45,485 bases of DNA from an uncultured Pseudomonadales bacterium (GTDB lineage Bacteria; Patescibacteriota; Microgenomatia; UBA1400; PJMF01), in the NCBI GenBank assembly GCA_964463605.1, contig CAYXBZ010000001.1, forward strand, positions 26,357 through 71,841, read 5' to 3'. The notes under the pieces are model-generated. The model saw only the letters and a program-made list of their open reading frames with translations. It ran no database searches and was not told the origin of the DNA. The position numbers and the translations under genes were made by a program. Within the stretch, counting starts at the first letter, position 1; the number at the start of each line of letters is the position of its first letter. Of the stretch, positions 35,629 to 42,474 are shown piece by piece.

Positions 35629-36327
35629 ATGTCAAACTCAAGCATCCCTCAACACATCGCCATTATTATGGACGGTAATCGCCGCTGGGCTCGTCAAAAC
35701 AAGCTGCAAGTTTTTAAGGGTCACGAAAAGGTGGCTCAAGAAAATATTGAGAGACTCACCGACCATTGTATTAAACTAGGCATCCCCCATCTTACACTCT
35801 GGGCGTTTAGTACTGAAAACTGGAAAAGAGACAAACTAGAGGTTGAGGCGATACTGTCATTGATGCGCAGTATGTTTGCCAAAGGCTTTGAACCAATGAT
35901 CAAAAAAAAAGTAAAGATTGAAACAATTGGAGATTTATCAAAATTTCCCGCCGACATTCAAGAAAGCATTCGAAAACTCAAGGATGGCTCGGTTAACGAC
36001 TACAAAATTGTTGTGACTTTTGCTCTTAATTATGGAGGAAGAAATGAAATCAGTCGAGCTGTAGAGAAACTGTTTCAAAGCGGATTAAACATTGGTGAGA
36101 CCCAACTTGAGTTTCAGTTAAGTGATTATCTTGACACCTCTTTTTTGCCGGATCCCGATTTAATCATTCGCACCGGAGGAGAACAGAGACTGTCGGGTTT
36201 TATGCCTTGGCAGAGCGTTTATTCTGAACTGTATTTTACTGATGTTTTGATGCCAGATTTTAACGAAAGCGAGCTTAATAAAGCTCTTGCTGAGTATCAA
36301 AGAAGAGAAAGAAGGTTTGGAGGCTAA
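35629..36327 (+). CDS. uppS: Undecaprenyl (cis-prenyl) diphosphate synthase
   Basis: Contains HIAIIMDGNRRWA, LTLWAFSTENWKR, IRTGGEQRLSGFMPWQ and YSELYF. Confidence 0.9.
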   Translation: MSNSSIPQHIAIIMDGNRRWARQNKLQVFKGHEKVAQENIERLTDHCIKLGIPHLTLWAFSTENWKRDKLEVEAILSLMRSMFAKGFEPMIKKKVKIETIGDLSKFPADIQESIRKLKDGSVNDYKIVVTFALNYGGRNEISRAVEKLFQSGLNIGETQLEFQLSDYLDTSFLPDPDLIIRTGGEQRLSGFMPWQSVYSELYFTDVLMPDFNESELNKALAEYQRRERRFGG

Positions 36328-36331
36328 CTAG

Positions 36332-36787
36332 CTAGGGCGATGGTGTTATCCCAAGATTGCCCCAATCATCAGGATTTGAAATTCCTGTATCACTTGAAGG
36401 AATAAAAAACTGAGTAATCACATTTATTCCGGTAAACTCAGCAATAGTGTTAATGATGAGAAATGATAGTAGTGCTAACACTAACCCTGAAAAAGCAAAG
36501 GTAATAGTTTTTTTTGAACTCTCCAAAGCTTGTGAATTTCCTCCAGATAAAAGCCATTTTATTGATCCAACAACCAGCATCACAAAACCAGCCAATCCAA
36601 TAAAGGTAAAGCTAACCGATAGAACATTTGCCACCAGACACATTGTCCCTTGAATAGTGGCCACACCATTAACCACACAGGAGCTATTGATGTCAGCCCA
36701 AGGCTGGGTTTGAGCATGGGCGGTGGGTGAAAAAAACAGAAAAATTGATATTAGTGAAGTAAAAAGCAGGGTTTTTTTAGCAAGCAT
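36332..36787 (-). CDS. VirB2/TrbC-like T4SS pilin paralog P1
   Basis: 151 aa. Signal peptide ends AHA|QT. Two hydrophobic helices flank the loop IKWLLSGGNSQALESSKKTI. Two Cys lie in the N-terminal external part. Confidence 0.65.
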   Translation of the reverse strand: MLAKKTLLFTSLISIFLFFSPTAHAQTQPWADINSSCVVNGVATIQGTMCLVANVLSVSFTFIGLAGFVMLVVGSIKWLLSGGNSQALESSKKTITFAFSGLVLALLSFLIINTIAEFTGINVITQFFIPSSDTGISNPDDWGNLGITPSP

Positions 36788-36823
36788 AGTAGCTGTGTTT
36801 TTTTAATGATTGTCGCTTGCACT

Positions 36824-36832
36824 ATTGTATCA
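36824..36832 (-). promoter_or_regulatory. Extended -10 promoter (TGATACAAT on minus strand) for P1
   Basis: The plus strand reads attgtatca. It lies ~37 nt upstream of the P1 ATG and downstream of the P2 terminator. Confidence 0.4.
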
Positions 36833-36871
36833 AAACTCTTGAAAATGGTCTGTAGGCAATAAATAAGAACT

Positions 36872-36898
36872 AAAAACCCCCGCGATAAGCGGGGGTTT
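36872..36898 (-). terminator. Strong intrinsic terminator after pilin P2
   Basis: The minus strand reads CCCCCGC-TTATC-GCGGGGG followed by TTTTT. The stem is 7 bp, all G/C. It lies 27 nt after the P2 stop. Confidence 0.85.
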
Positions 36899-36924
36899 GA
36901 GTGCAATTTCTTATTTAGAATTAG

Positions 36925-37326
36925 TTAGCGATTAATTGGTCTAATGCCAGTATTAAACACTTCCTGAATTCCTCCAGAAAATCCCAATAGGCTTAAGGCA
37001 AGTTGGAGAAGGGCGTATGATGCAGCCAAAACAATTAGACCCACAATAGCAGCGGTGATCTTATTTCTTGCTTTTTCAGTTTGGCCCTTGTCACCACCAG
37101 AGGTAATCCACTCAATTCCGCCCAAAATAAGGTACATAAACACCAAAATGGCAGCGACTAACATCACTAAGTTTAAAATACTGCTTAGAAGTGTGCCAAT
37201 GCTTGTAGCATAACCTCTATCTGGAATATCAACATTTCCAAGTTGGGCTAGTGCTGGGGTTGCGGCCAAAACGAAGCTTCCCACAGAAGAGCTAATACCC
37301 AATGTAATTTTCTGAATTTTATTCAT
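36925..37326 (-). CDS. VirB2/TrbC-like T4SS pilin paralog P2 (candidate major pilin)
   Basis: 133 aa. Signal peptide ends ALA|QL. The loop is IEWITSGGDKGQTEKARNKI between two hydrophobic helices. It has its own consensus promoter, an AAGGAG Shine-Dalgarno and a terminator. Confidence 0.7.
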   Translation of the reverse strand: MNKIQKITLGISSSVGSFVLAATPALAQLGNVDIPDRGYATSIGTLLSSILNLVMLVAAILVFMYLILGGIEWITSGGDKGQTEKARNKITAAIVGLIVLAASYALLQLALSLLGFSGGIQEVFNTGIRPINR

Positions 37327-37380
37327 AATTCTCCTTTAGTTGTTAGGTTGTATTGTTTCTAGTTTATATCAAGTGAACGT

Positions 37381-37410
37381 ATTATAGCAAGTATCTGCAA
37401 AAAAAGTCAA
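37381..37410 (-). promoter_or_regulatory. Near-consensus sigma70 promoter for pilin P2
   Basis: The minus strand reads TTGACT (37410-37405), an 18-nt spacer, then TATAAT (37386-37381). AAGGAG (37336-37331) sits 4 nt before the ATG. Confidence 0.65.
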
Positions 37411-37435
37411 AATTGAACTCTCTTGAAATGATTTT

Positions 37436-37987
37436 TTAGTAGCAAGTAATAACTCCACAGGTTCCACCTATTGGGCCTGTCCAGGACCCACTTACGCATC
37501 GGTAGCAGGGAGAGTCATTGGTGTTATACAGTCTTCCAACAGACCCTTCGGGTGCGTATTTTCCATTCCAGCACTCACATGAACCCACCGCAGGAGGAGT
37601 TCCCCCTCCGCCATCACCACTGGTTCTTCCCGAGATAAACTCAACCGGATGACCTAAGAAAGTGTTGATTGCCATAAAGATCGCTACCGACGCTGATAAA
37701 ATTAAAATTCCTACTACTGACTGTGTTAGGCGATTCTTTGCTTTGTCAATTTTTCCACTATCGCCACCAGCAGAAATCCACTGAATTCCCGCATATAGCA
37801 GATTAAACAAGAGGATGACGGCGGCAACGACAAATGCCATGCGCAATAAACCGCTAATAAAATTAGCTACGACAATGCCTCCATCATCGGTGGTGTTAAT
37901 TTGATCGGCGTAGGGAATATCTTGCTCTTTGGCCTCATTGATTATGTTGAAGTTGATGTCGGCGATAAGGGAAGAAATATTTTTCAT
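37436..37987 (-). CDS. VirB2/TrbC-like pilin paralog P3 with Cys-rich C-terminal extension
   Basis: 183 aa. No classical signal peptide. The loop is IQWISAGGDSGKIDKAKNRL. After helix 2 come a Gly-rich linker (GDGGGGTPP) and a 6-Cys tail: GSCECWNGKYAPEGSVGRLYNTNDSPCYRCVSGSWTGPIGGTCGVITCY. Confidence 0.65.
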   Translation of the reverse strand: MKNISSLIADINFNIINEAKEQDIPYADQINTTDDGGIVVANFISGLLRMAFVVAAVILLFNLLYAGIQWISAGGDSGKIDKAKNRLTQSVVGILILSASVAIFMAINTFLGHPVEFISGRTSGDGGGGTPPAVGSCECWNGKYAPEGSVGRLYNTNDSPCYRCVSGSWTGPIGGTCGVITCY

Positions 37988-38052
37988 AGCTGATTGATGT
38001 TGGATTTTTTTTGTGGTGAGTTAAACAGTTGAAAATGTGCTTGTATTTGTGT

Positions 38053-38478
38053 TTATGTCGGTATGTGGGGCGGTCTTCCCTCTGGAATACCTGGATTATT
38101 TGTTTGTTGTTCTGTGGCCGAGGGGATAGTGATCTGTAACAAGTTAAAGTCATCTCCAAACAAAAGCGTGCTAACAAAGGCGATTATTGCAAACGATCCC
38201 ACTAGTAGGATTAGTCCTATTGTTGCCTGAGTAAAGCGAGTTTTAGCTTTTTCCACCCCCTTGCTGTCTCCGCCACTAGATAGCCACTCGAACGCAGCCA
38301 TGACATAGTAAGCCAGCACAACAACAGCACCCAAAGTAATAGCCACTCTCCACATGCGAATTGCATAGTGAAAAAATAACGAACCATCTCTGGCTGCATC
38401 AGGATCACTGCCCAAATTATCAATTACGGGATTGGTGAGCGAGCCTTGGGCTAGAAGTGATAAATTCATAAATGACAT
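38053..38478 (-). CDS. VirB2/TrbC-like pilin paralog P4
   Basis: 141 aa. The loop is FEWLSSGGDSKGVEKAKTRF between two hydrophobic helices. The C-terminal tail is Pro-rich. Confidence 0.65.
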   Translation of the reverse strand: MSFMNLSLLAQGSLTNPVIDNLGSDPDAARDGSLFFHYAIRMWRVAITLGAVVVLAYYVMAAFEWLSSGGDSKGVEKAKTRFTQATIGLILLVGSFAIIAFVSTLLFGDDFNLLQITIPSATEQQTNNPGIPEGRPPHIPT

Positions 38479-38509
38479 ATAAAAGAATGAGTGAGTGCTA
38501 TTAAATTTT

Positions 38510-38911
38510 TTACTGTTTAGGCACCACTTTCATTAAGGTTTCTTCTAAGTTTATAAGGTCGATACCAATGATGGTGCCCACAATTCCGATGAGGGCATAG
38601 CTCATTACCATCACAATTAATCCAAGTACTCCGTGAAACATCTTTTCTCTTGCTTTTTCAACTTTTCCAGAATCACCTCCGGCAGTAATCCAACTAAATG
38701 CTGCCAAAAATGTAAAAACAATAAAAAACAGTCCACCCATAACGGTGATAATTCCAATTAAGTTGGAGAGGAAAGTTACTAATGTAATTAGAACATTGCC
38801 GCCGCCACTTCCTAACTCTTTGGGCGTGTAAATAGTGTCGGCAGGAGGCTCAAACCCATCTCCAAACTGAGCTTGCACTTGATCAATGTTTAAATGTTTT
38901 AGAATGTTCAT
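38510..38911 (-). CDS. VirB2/TrbC-like pilin paralog P5
   Basis: 133 aa. The loop is FSWITAGGDSGKVEKAREKM between two hydrophobic helices. The N-terminal leader is ~35 aa and hydrophilic. Confidence 0.65.
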   Translation of the reverse strand: MNILKHLNIDQVQAQFGDGFEPPADTIYTPKELGSGGGNVLITLVTFLSNLIGIITVMGGLFFIVFTFLAAFSWITAGGDSGKVEKAREKMFHGVLGLIVMVMSYALIGIVGTIIGIDLINLEETLMKVVPKQ

Positions 38912-38930
38912 TGTTTAACTCAAAAATTGA

Positions 38931-39389
38931 CTAACCTCCAATAGAAGTAAGCTTTGGGTTGATGATAAAGGTGGCGTCTCCAAAGATCAACAAACCTACA
39001 ATGGCAGCAATGGTATAAGAAAAGGCAACGATTGCAAGACCTATTACGCTGTTGAGCATCTTGGTAGACACCTTCTCTCCAGCGGAAGAATCTCCTGAAG
39101 AAGTGAGATAAATCCATCCTGCAAAAATAAAATTTAGCATAGTCCAGATTCCAGCAACAATTGTGATTAGGCGAATCATGTTAGAGAGAAATAAAATTAT
39201 CCCAATGTCGTTATCTCCAACTTGGGCTTGCCACTTATCTACTCCTGGTGGTGGTTCAATCGTTCCCACTACCGACGGTGTGTCCGCCCAAACTGACTGA
39301 GGAAGAGCGAACCAAATAACTGTAGAAAATAAAGAAAAAACAATCTTTGTGAGCTGAGTTGTAAGTTGTTTGATGTTCGTGATTGTCAT
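38931..39389 (-). CDS. VirB2/TrbC-like pilin paralog P6
   Basis: 152 aa. Signal peptide ends VWA|DT. The loop WIYLTSSGDSSAGEKVSTKM is a degenerate form of the motif. A TATAAT at 39425-39420 lies upstream. Confidence 0.6.
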   Translation of the reverse strand: MTITNIKQLTTQLTKIVFSLFSTVIWFALPQSVWADTPSVVGTIEPPPGVDKWQAQVGDNDIGIILFLSNMIRLITIVAGIWTMLNFIFAGWIYLTSSGDSSAGEKVSTKMLNSVIGLAIVAFSYTIAAIVGLLIFGDATFIINPKLTSIGG

Positions 39390-39497
39390 GAAGTCTTTTT
39401 CTAAGAACGAATTTATTCTATTATATTTTGTCGAGTTTAGCCAATGTTGATGTCGGCAAGCTAATTAATGAATAGTTCGGCTAAATGTGCGACAGTT

Positions 39498-39866
39498 TTA
39501 TCCCCCAAGTGGTCCGCCGATAGGAATGCTCTCCATTTGGGTAACTAGCTTAATAATCTGCACAATCCAGTAAGCCGAAAACATCACTAGAAAGCCAATT
39601 ACAGCTCCAGTTGCTAAATTTTTAGCATCCTCTTTGCCTTTGTCGGAGTCTTTGAGATAGCTGAAGCCAGCGCCAATTACTAAAAAAAATATTACGATTC
39701 CAGCTAGTACAAACAGATTGCTGACAACTAAGTTAACAACAACCCCAAAGCTACCATAAGTATCAGCTACAGTTGGTTCATTTTCTAATTTAGTTAGTTT
39801 TAAATACTCGCTAAGATTTATCTGGGCTGAGGGGACTGATAGATGACCCAATAGATTGGTAAACAT
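39498..39866 (-). CDS. VirB2/TrbC-like pilin paralog P7 (most divergent)
   Basis: 122 aa with the same two-helix hairpin. The loop is FSYLKDSDKGKEDAKNLA. A TATAAT at 39895-39890 lies upstream. Confidence 0.5.
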   Translation of the reverse strand: MFTNLLGHLSVPSAQINLSEYLKLTKLENEPTVADTYGSFGVVVNLVVSNLFVLAGIVIFFLVIGAGFSYLKDSDKGKEDAKNLATGAVIGFLVMFSAYWIVQIIKLVTQMESIPIGGPLGG

Positions 39867-40068
39867 AAGGTTTAATAGTTAGTGAAGTCATTATAACATC
39901 AAAATAACTTCAAGCCGAGAAAGGGCTTTTGAAGATTTTATCTAAGAAAATTTTGCGAAGTCGTATAAAAACCATGTTTTTTGAAACTTCAAGGAAATAA
40001 TTAAAAAGCTTTTTATATCTCAACTGTTGGCGATTTTTATCTGGCTAATTCTACACTCCAATACTCCC

Positions 40069-40725
40069 TTATTCCAAAACATCGCTCTTCATTTTTTCAG
40101 CTTCTGTTTGAAAGTAATTAGACATATTTTTCTTGTCAAAACTTCCGTTAATAATTGGATCATCTACATGCGTATCAACTTCAAATAACCTACTAGCAAG
40201 TTGAAGTGGATCTATGTGCCAATCAAATTTGATTTTTGCTTTCATTCGCAGATCTTTAATAGCAAAGTTATATTTTTGAATAATCGAGTAAAGATCAAAA
40301 TAATCTCGACCTCTTGGCTTTTGAACAATGGTGAGCAGTTTGTTGGTGGCGATGTCAACGACACTATCAACCAACAGACCATCTTTTTGTTTTGGTTGCT
40401 CCACATGCGCAAATGGATAGTAGGTGAACTCAAGTTTGAGGATGTAGTTATTTTCAAATCTCAAAAAATATAGGTTTCGATTAAAACTAGTTTGATAATC
40501 AAATGATTCAAAATCTAGTTTTTTTTGAAGTTTTTTGAGCAAAACCAAGATGCTTTGCGGATCAAATTCTTTTTGATTGAAGAAATCTAGATCTTCTGAA
40601 TATCGATGCTGCAAGTAGTAGTGTGACAAAGCAGTTCCGCCAGAAAAGTAAAACTCTTTAGCAAGATCTGTAGTTGCAATTAGTGAAAGGGCTTTTTTTT
40701 GTTGTTTTGTTAAGATTGGCCCCAT
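40069..40725 (-). CDS. Nucleotidyltransferase AbiEii/AbiGii-family toxin-like protein
   Basis: 218 aa. Contains FYFSGGTALSHYYLQHRYSEDLDFF, the hallmark N-terminal motif of the AbiEii (DUF1814) family. Confidence 0.7.
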   Translation of the reverse strand: MGPILTKQQKKALSLIATTDLAKEFYFSGGTALSHYYLQHRYSEDLDFFNQKEFDPQSILVLLKKLQKKLDFESFDYQTSFNRNLYFLRFENNYILKLEFTYYPFAHVEQPKQKDGLLVDSVVDIATNKLLTIVQKPRGRDYFDLYSIIQKYNFAIKDLRMKAKIKFDWHIDPLQLASRLFEVDTHVDDPIINGSFDKKNMSNYFQTEAEKMKSDVLE

Positions 40726-40940
40726 ACAATTTTTTTTAGATAATTTCGTTTTGCTAAATCAATCTCAAGTTGATCCCAGTATTTTTTTAGTTTTTCTAGA
40801 GAAATTTTGCTGTTATTAAGACCAAAGTTAATTTGTTGCTCTAATACAAACTTGTCATACTGAGAAGTGTCTTTTTTAAGTCGAGTGGTGTCGGTATTCC
40901 AGTTATACATGTCTGAGTATAGTATATCCGAAACAACCAT
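40710..40940 (-). CDS. Small protein overlapping the AbiEii-like gene (candidate cognate antitoxin/partner)
   Basis: 76-aa ORF with ATG at 40940. Its stop overlaps the toxin start by 16 nt. It has no HTH I can recognise and is much shorter than canonical AbiEi. Confidence 0.45.
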   Translation of the reverse strand: MVVSDILYSDMYNWNTDTTRLKKDTSQYDKFVLEQQINFGLNNSKISLEKLKKYWDQLEIDLAKRNYLKKIVWGQS

Positions 40941-40999
40941 ATTTTAATAGGATTGGGGTGGCAATAATTCTTAAATTAGTTTGAAGAGTCAATCTTGTG

Positions 41000-41075
41000 G
41001 GTGGTATACCGGACTCGAACCGGCGACCTTCCCCTCCACAGGGGGACGCTCTAAACCAACTGAGCTAATACCACC
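41000..41075 (-). tRNA. tRNA-His (anticodon GTG) with genome-encoded G-1
   Basis: The minus strand reads G-GTGGTAT-TA-GCTC-AGTTGGTTTA-GAGC-G-TCCCC-CTGTGGA-GGGGA-AGGTC-GCCGG-TTCGAGT-CCGGT-ATACCAC-C. This is a full cloverleaf. The extra 5' G pairs with C73. A complete CCA is not encoded. Confidence 0.9.
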
Positions 41076-41226
41076 ATTTCAAATAAGTATCCAATTCTCT
41101 CAAAAAAAACAAGATTTTTCCAGCGCAAAACACCCAATAAGCGTGGCAAGCATTCAAATTATATTAAGGCTCATCAGCGCTTATTTTATTTTTGTATTAA
41201 AGATCGTGAGTGGCGGTTCTTCTTCA

Positions 41227-41235
41227 TGGTAGAAT
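41227..41235 (+). promoter_or_regulatory. Extended -10 (TGGTAGAAT) 7 nt upstream of the sigma-factor ATG, suggesting a leaderless transcript
   Basis: Read directly: tggtagaat, then caagctg, then ATG (41243). No Shine-Dalgarno. Confidence 0.4.
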
Positions 41236-41242
41236 CAAGCTG

Positions 41243-41827
41243 ATGTCTCAAAAAAAACCAGTAATCAACTCAGCAGTGTTGGCTAATGAAAACAAGTTGG
41301 TGAAGCAATTAAAGCAAGCTGATCCTCAGGCGGTAAAAAAGTGGTTTTTACACTATCATCAATCACTACTTCAGCTAGCAAAACAAAAAATAGCTAACAC
41401 CAAAGATGCTGAAGATGTGGTTCAAGAAACAATGATAAACTGCTTGCGACAGATTCAGCTTTTTCGTCAAGATTCTAGCTTAAGAACTTGGATGATGACC
41501 ATTCTTCGTCATGAGATTGCAGATTACTATCGAAAAAAGTATGCAAAGAAAGCATTAAACACGGTACCGCTGGGTCATCACCTTCTAACTCAGCCCATTC
41601 AAGGTAGCGACCTAGTTGAAGAGCGCGTAATTCAAACTGTACAAAATACGTTAAAAAAAATGTCTAGCTATCGTAAAAAAATCTTGATGATGAAGTATGT
41701 TGACGGATTAAAGGTACGAGAAATTGCTAAAAAGTTGGGAAAAACATTCAAGTCAGTTGAAGCAGAGCTGTGGCGATCAAGAGAATCCTTTAAGAAATTT
41801 TATTTGGAGGACGAACTAAATCAATAA
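41243..41827 (+). CDS. RNA polymerase sigma-70 family factor, ECF-like
   Basis: Region 2 is DAEDVVQETMINCLRQIQLFRQDSSLRTWMMTILRHEIADYYRKK. Region 4 is LMMKYVDGLKVREIAKKLGKTFKSVEAELWRSRESF. ATG 41243 is preferred over the upstream alternative start at 41210. Confidence 0.8.
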   Translation: MSQKKPVINSAVLANENKLVKQLKQADPQAVKKWFLHYHQSLLQLAKQKIANTKDAEDVVQETMINCLRQIQLFRQDSSLRTWMMTILRHEIADYYRKKYAKKALNTVPLGHHLLTQPIQGSDLVEERVIQTVQNTLKKMSSYRKKILMMKYVDGLKVREIAKKLGKTFKSVEAELWRSRESFKKFYLEDELNQ

Positions 41828-41834
41828 TAAATTA

Positions 41835-42038
41835 ATGATAAATAAATCACTCTCAACTCAGGCGCAAGTTATTGCCAAGCTGCAAAAAGAAGCTAGTCGG
41901 CAGGCGAAGATTGAGCAGCGACATCTTCTACCAAAAGAAGTAAGTTCGGTGGCTGGGTTGATTAATCGCTATCCATGGCAAACATTAGCCATCAGCTCAT
42001 TGTTGACCACCATTATTCTTAAGACAATCATTAACTAG
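41835..42038 (+). CDS. Small single-pass membrane protein (possible anti-sigma factor)
   Basis: 67-aa ORF starting 7 nt after the sigma gene. The N-terminus is hydrophilic and the C-terminal helix is WQTLAISSLLTTIILKTII. The function is assigned from position only. Confidence 0.4.
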   Translation: MINKSLSTQAQVIAKLQKEASRQAKIEQRHLLPKEVSSVAGLINRYPWQTLAISSLLTTIILKTIIN

Positions 42039-42133
42039 ATGGCGACCCAACAAACAGGTTGCAGACAATTAATAACAAAAAAAACAAACCCAACCAAAGA
42101 TCAGCAAAATAATAATCAAGCAACAACACAACA

Positions 42134-42454
42134 ATGATTAACTGGATCATCTCGTTTTTTTACGCTGTGGGCAGATTTGCCTTGGGGCTGTTGCTTCATC
42201 CTTATCAAACCATGCAGTTACTGGTGAGGCAAAGAATCTTTGTGTGGGTGGTGCTAACTCCAGCCATATTTTGGATAATATTACTGATAAGCAATCAGTA
42301 TCTGATAGCTCCAACCCTGTCTTATTTGAAAATCTCTTGTCCCGAAATGCGTCAAGTGACATCCTTTTTTAGAATGTGGATCAGCATTTTTACGCTTTAT
42401 TGGCAGTTAATGCTATTTTATTTGTTGTTGAGGTTTTGGTCAGCACAAAATTAA
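42134..42454 (+). CDS. Hypothetical polytopic small membrane protein
   Basis: 106-aa ORF with three hydrophobic segments and no recognisable family. Confidence 0.45.
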   Translation: MINWIISFFYAVGRFALGLLLHPYQTMQLLVRQRIFVWVVLTPAIFWIILLISNQYLIAPTLSYLKISCPEMRQVTSFFRMWISIFTLYWQLMLFYLLLRFWSAQN

Positions 42455-42474
42455 GCTATTCAAAAAGCCAAGAT

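Noticed and set aside
36332-41075. Genomic island integrated at tRNA-His (pilin array plus AbiEii pair)
   Set aside because: No integrase is present, and I found no direct repeat of the tRNA 3' end. The pilin genes have the same AT-rich character as the rest of the window. This cannot be excluded without a compositional or comparative analysis.
40981-41232. 83-aa plus-strand ORF
   Set aside because: It runs antisense through the tRNA-His gene and the sigma-factor promoter region, so it is a spurious frame.
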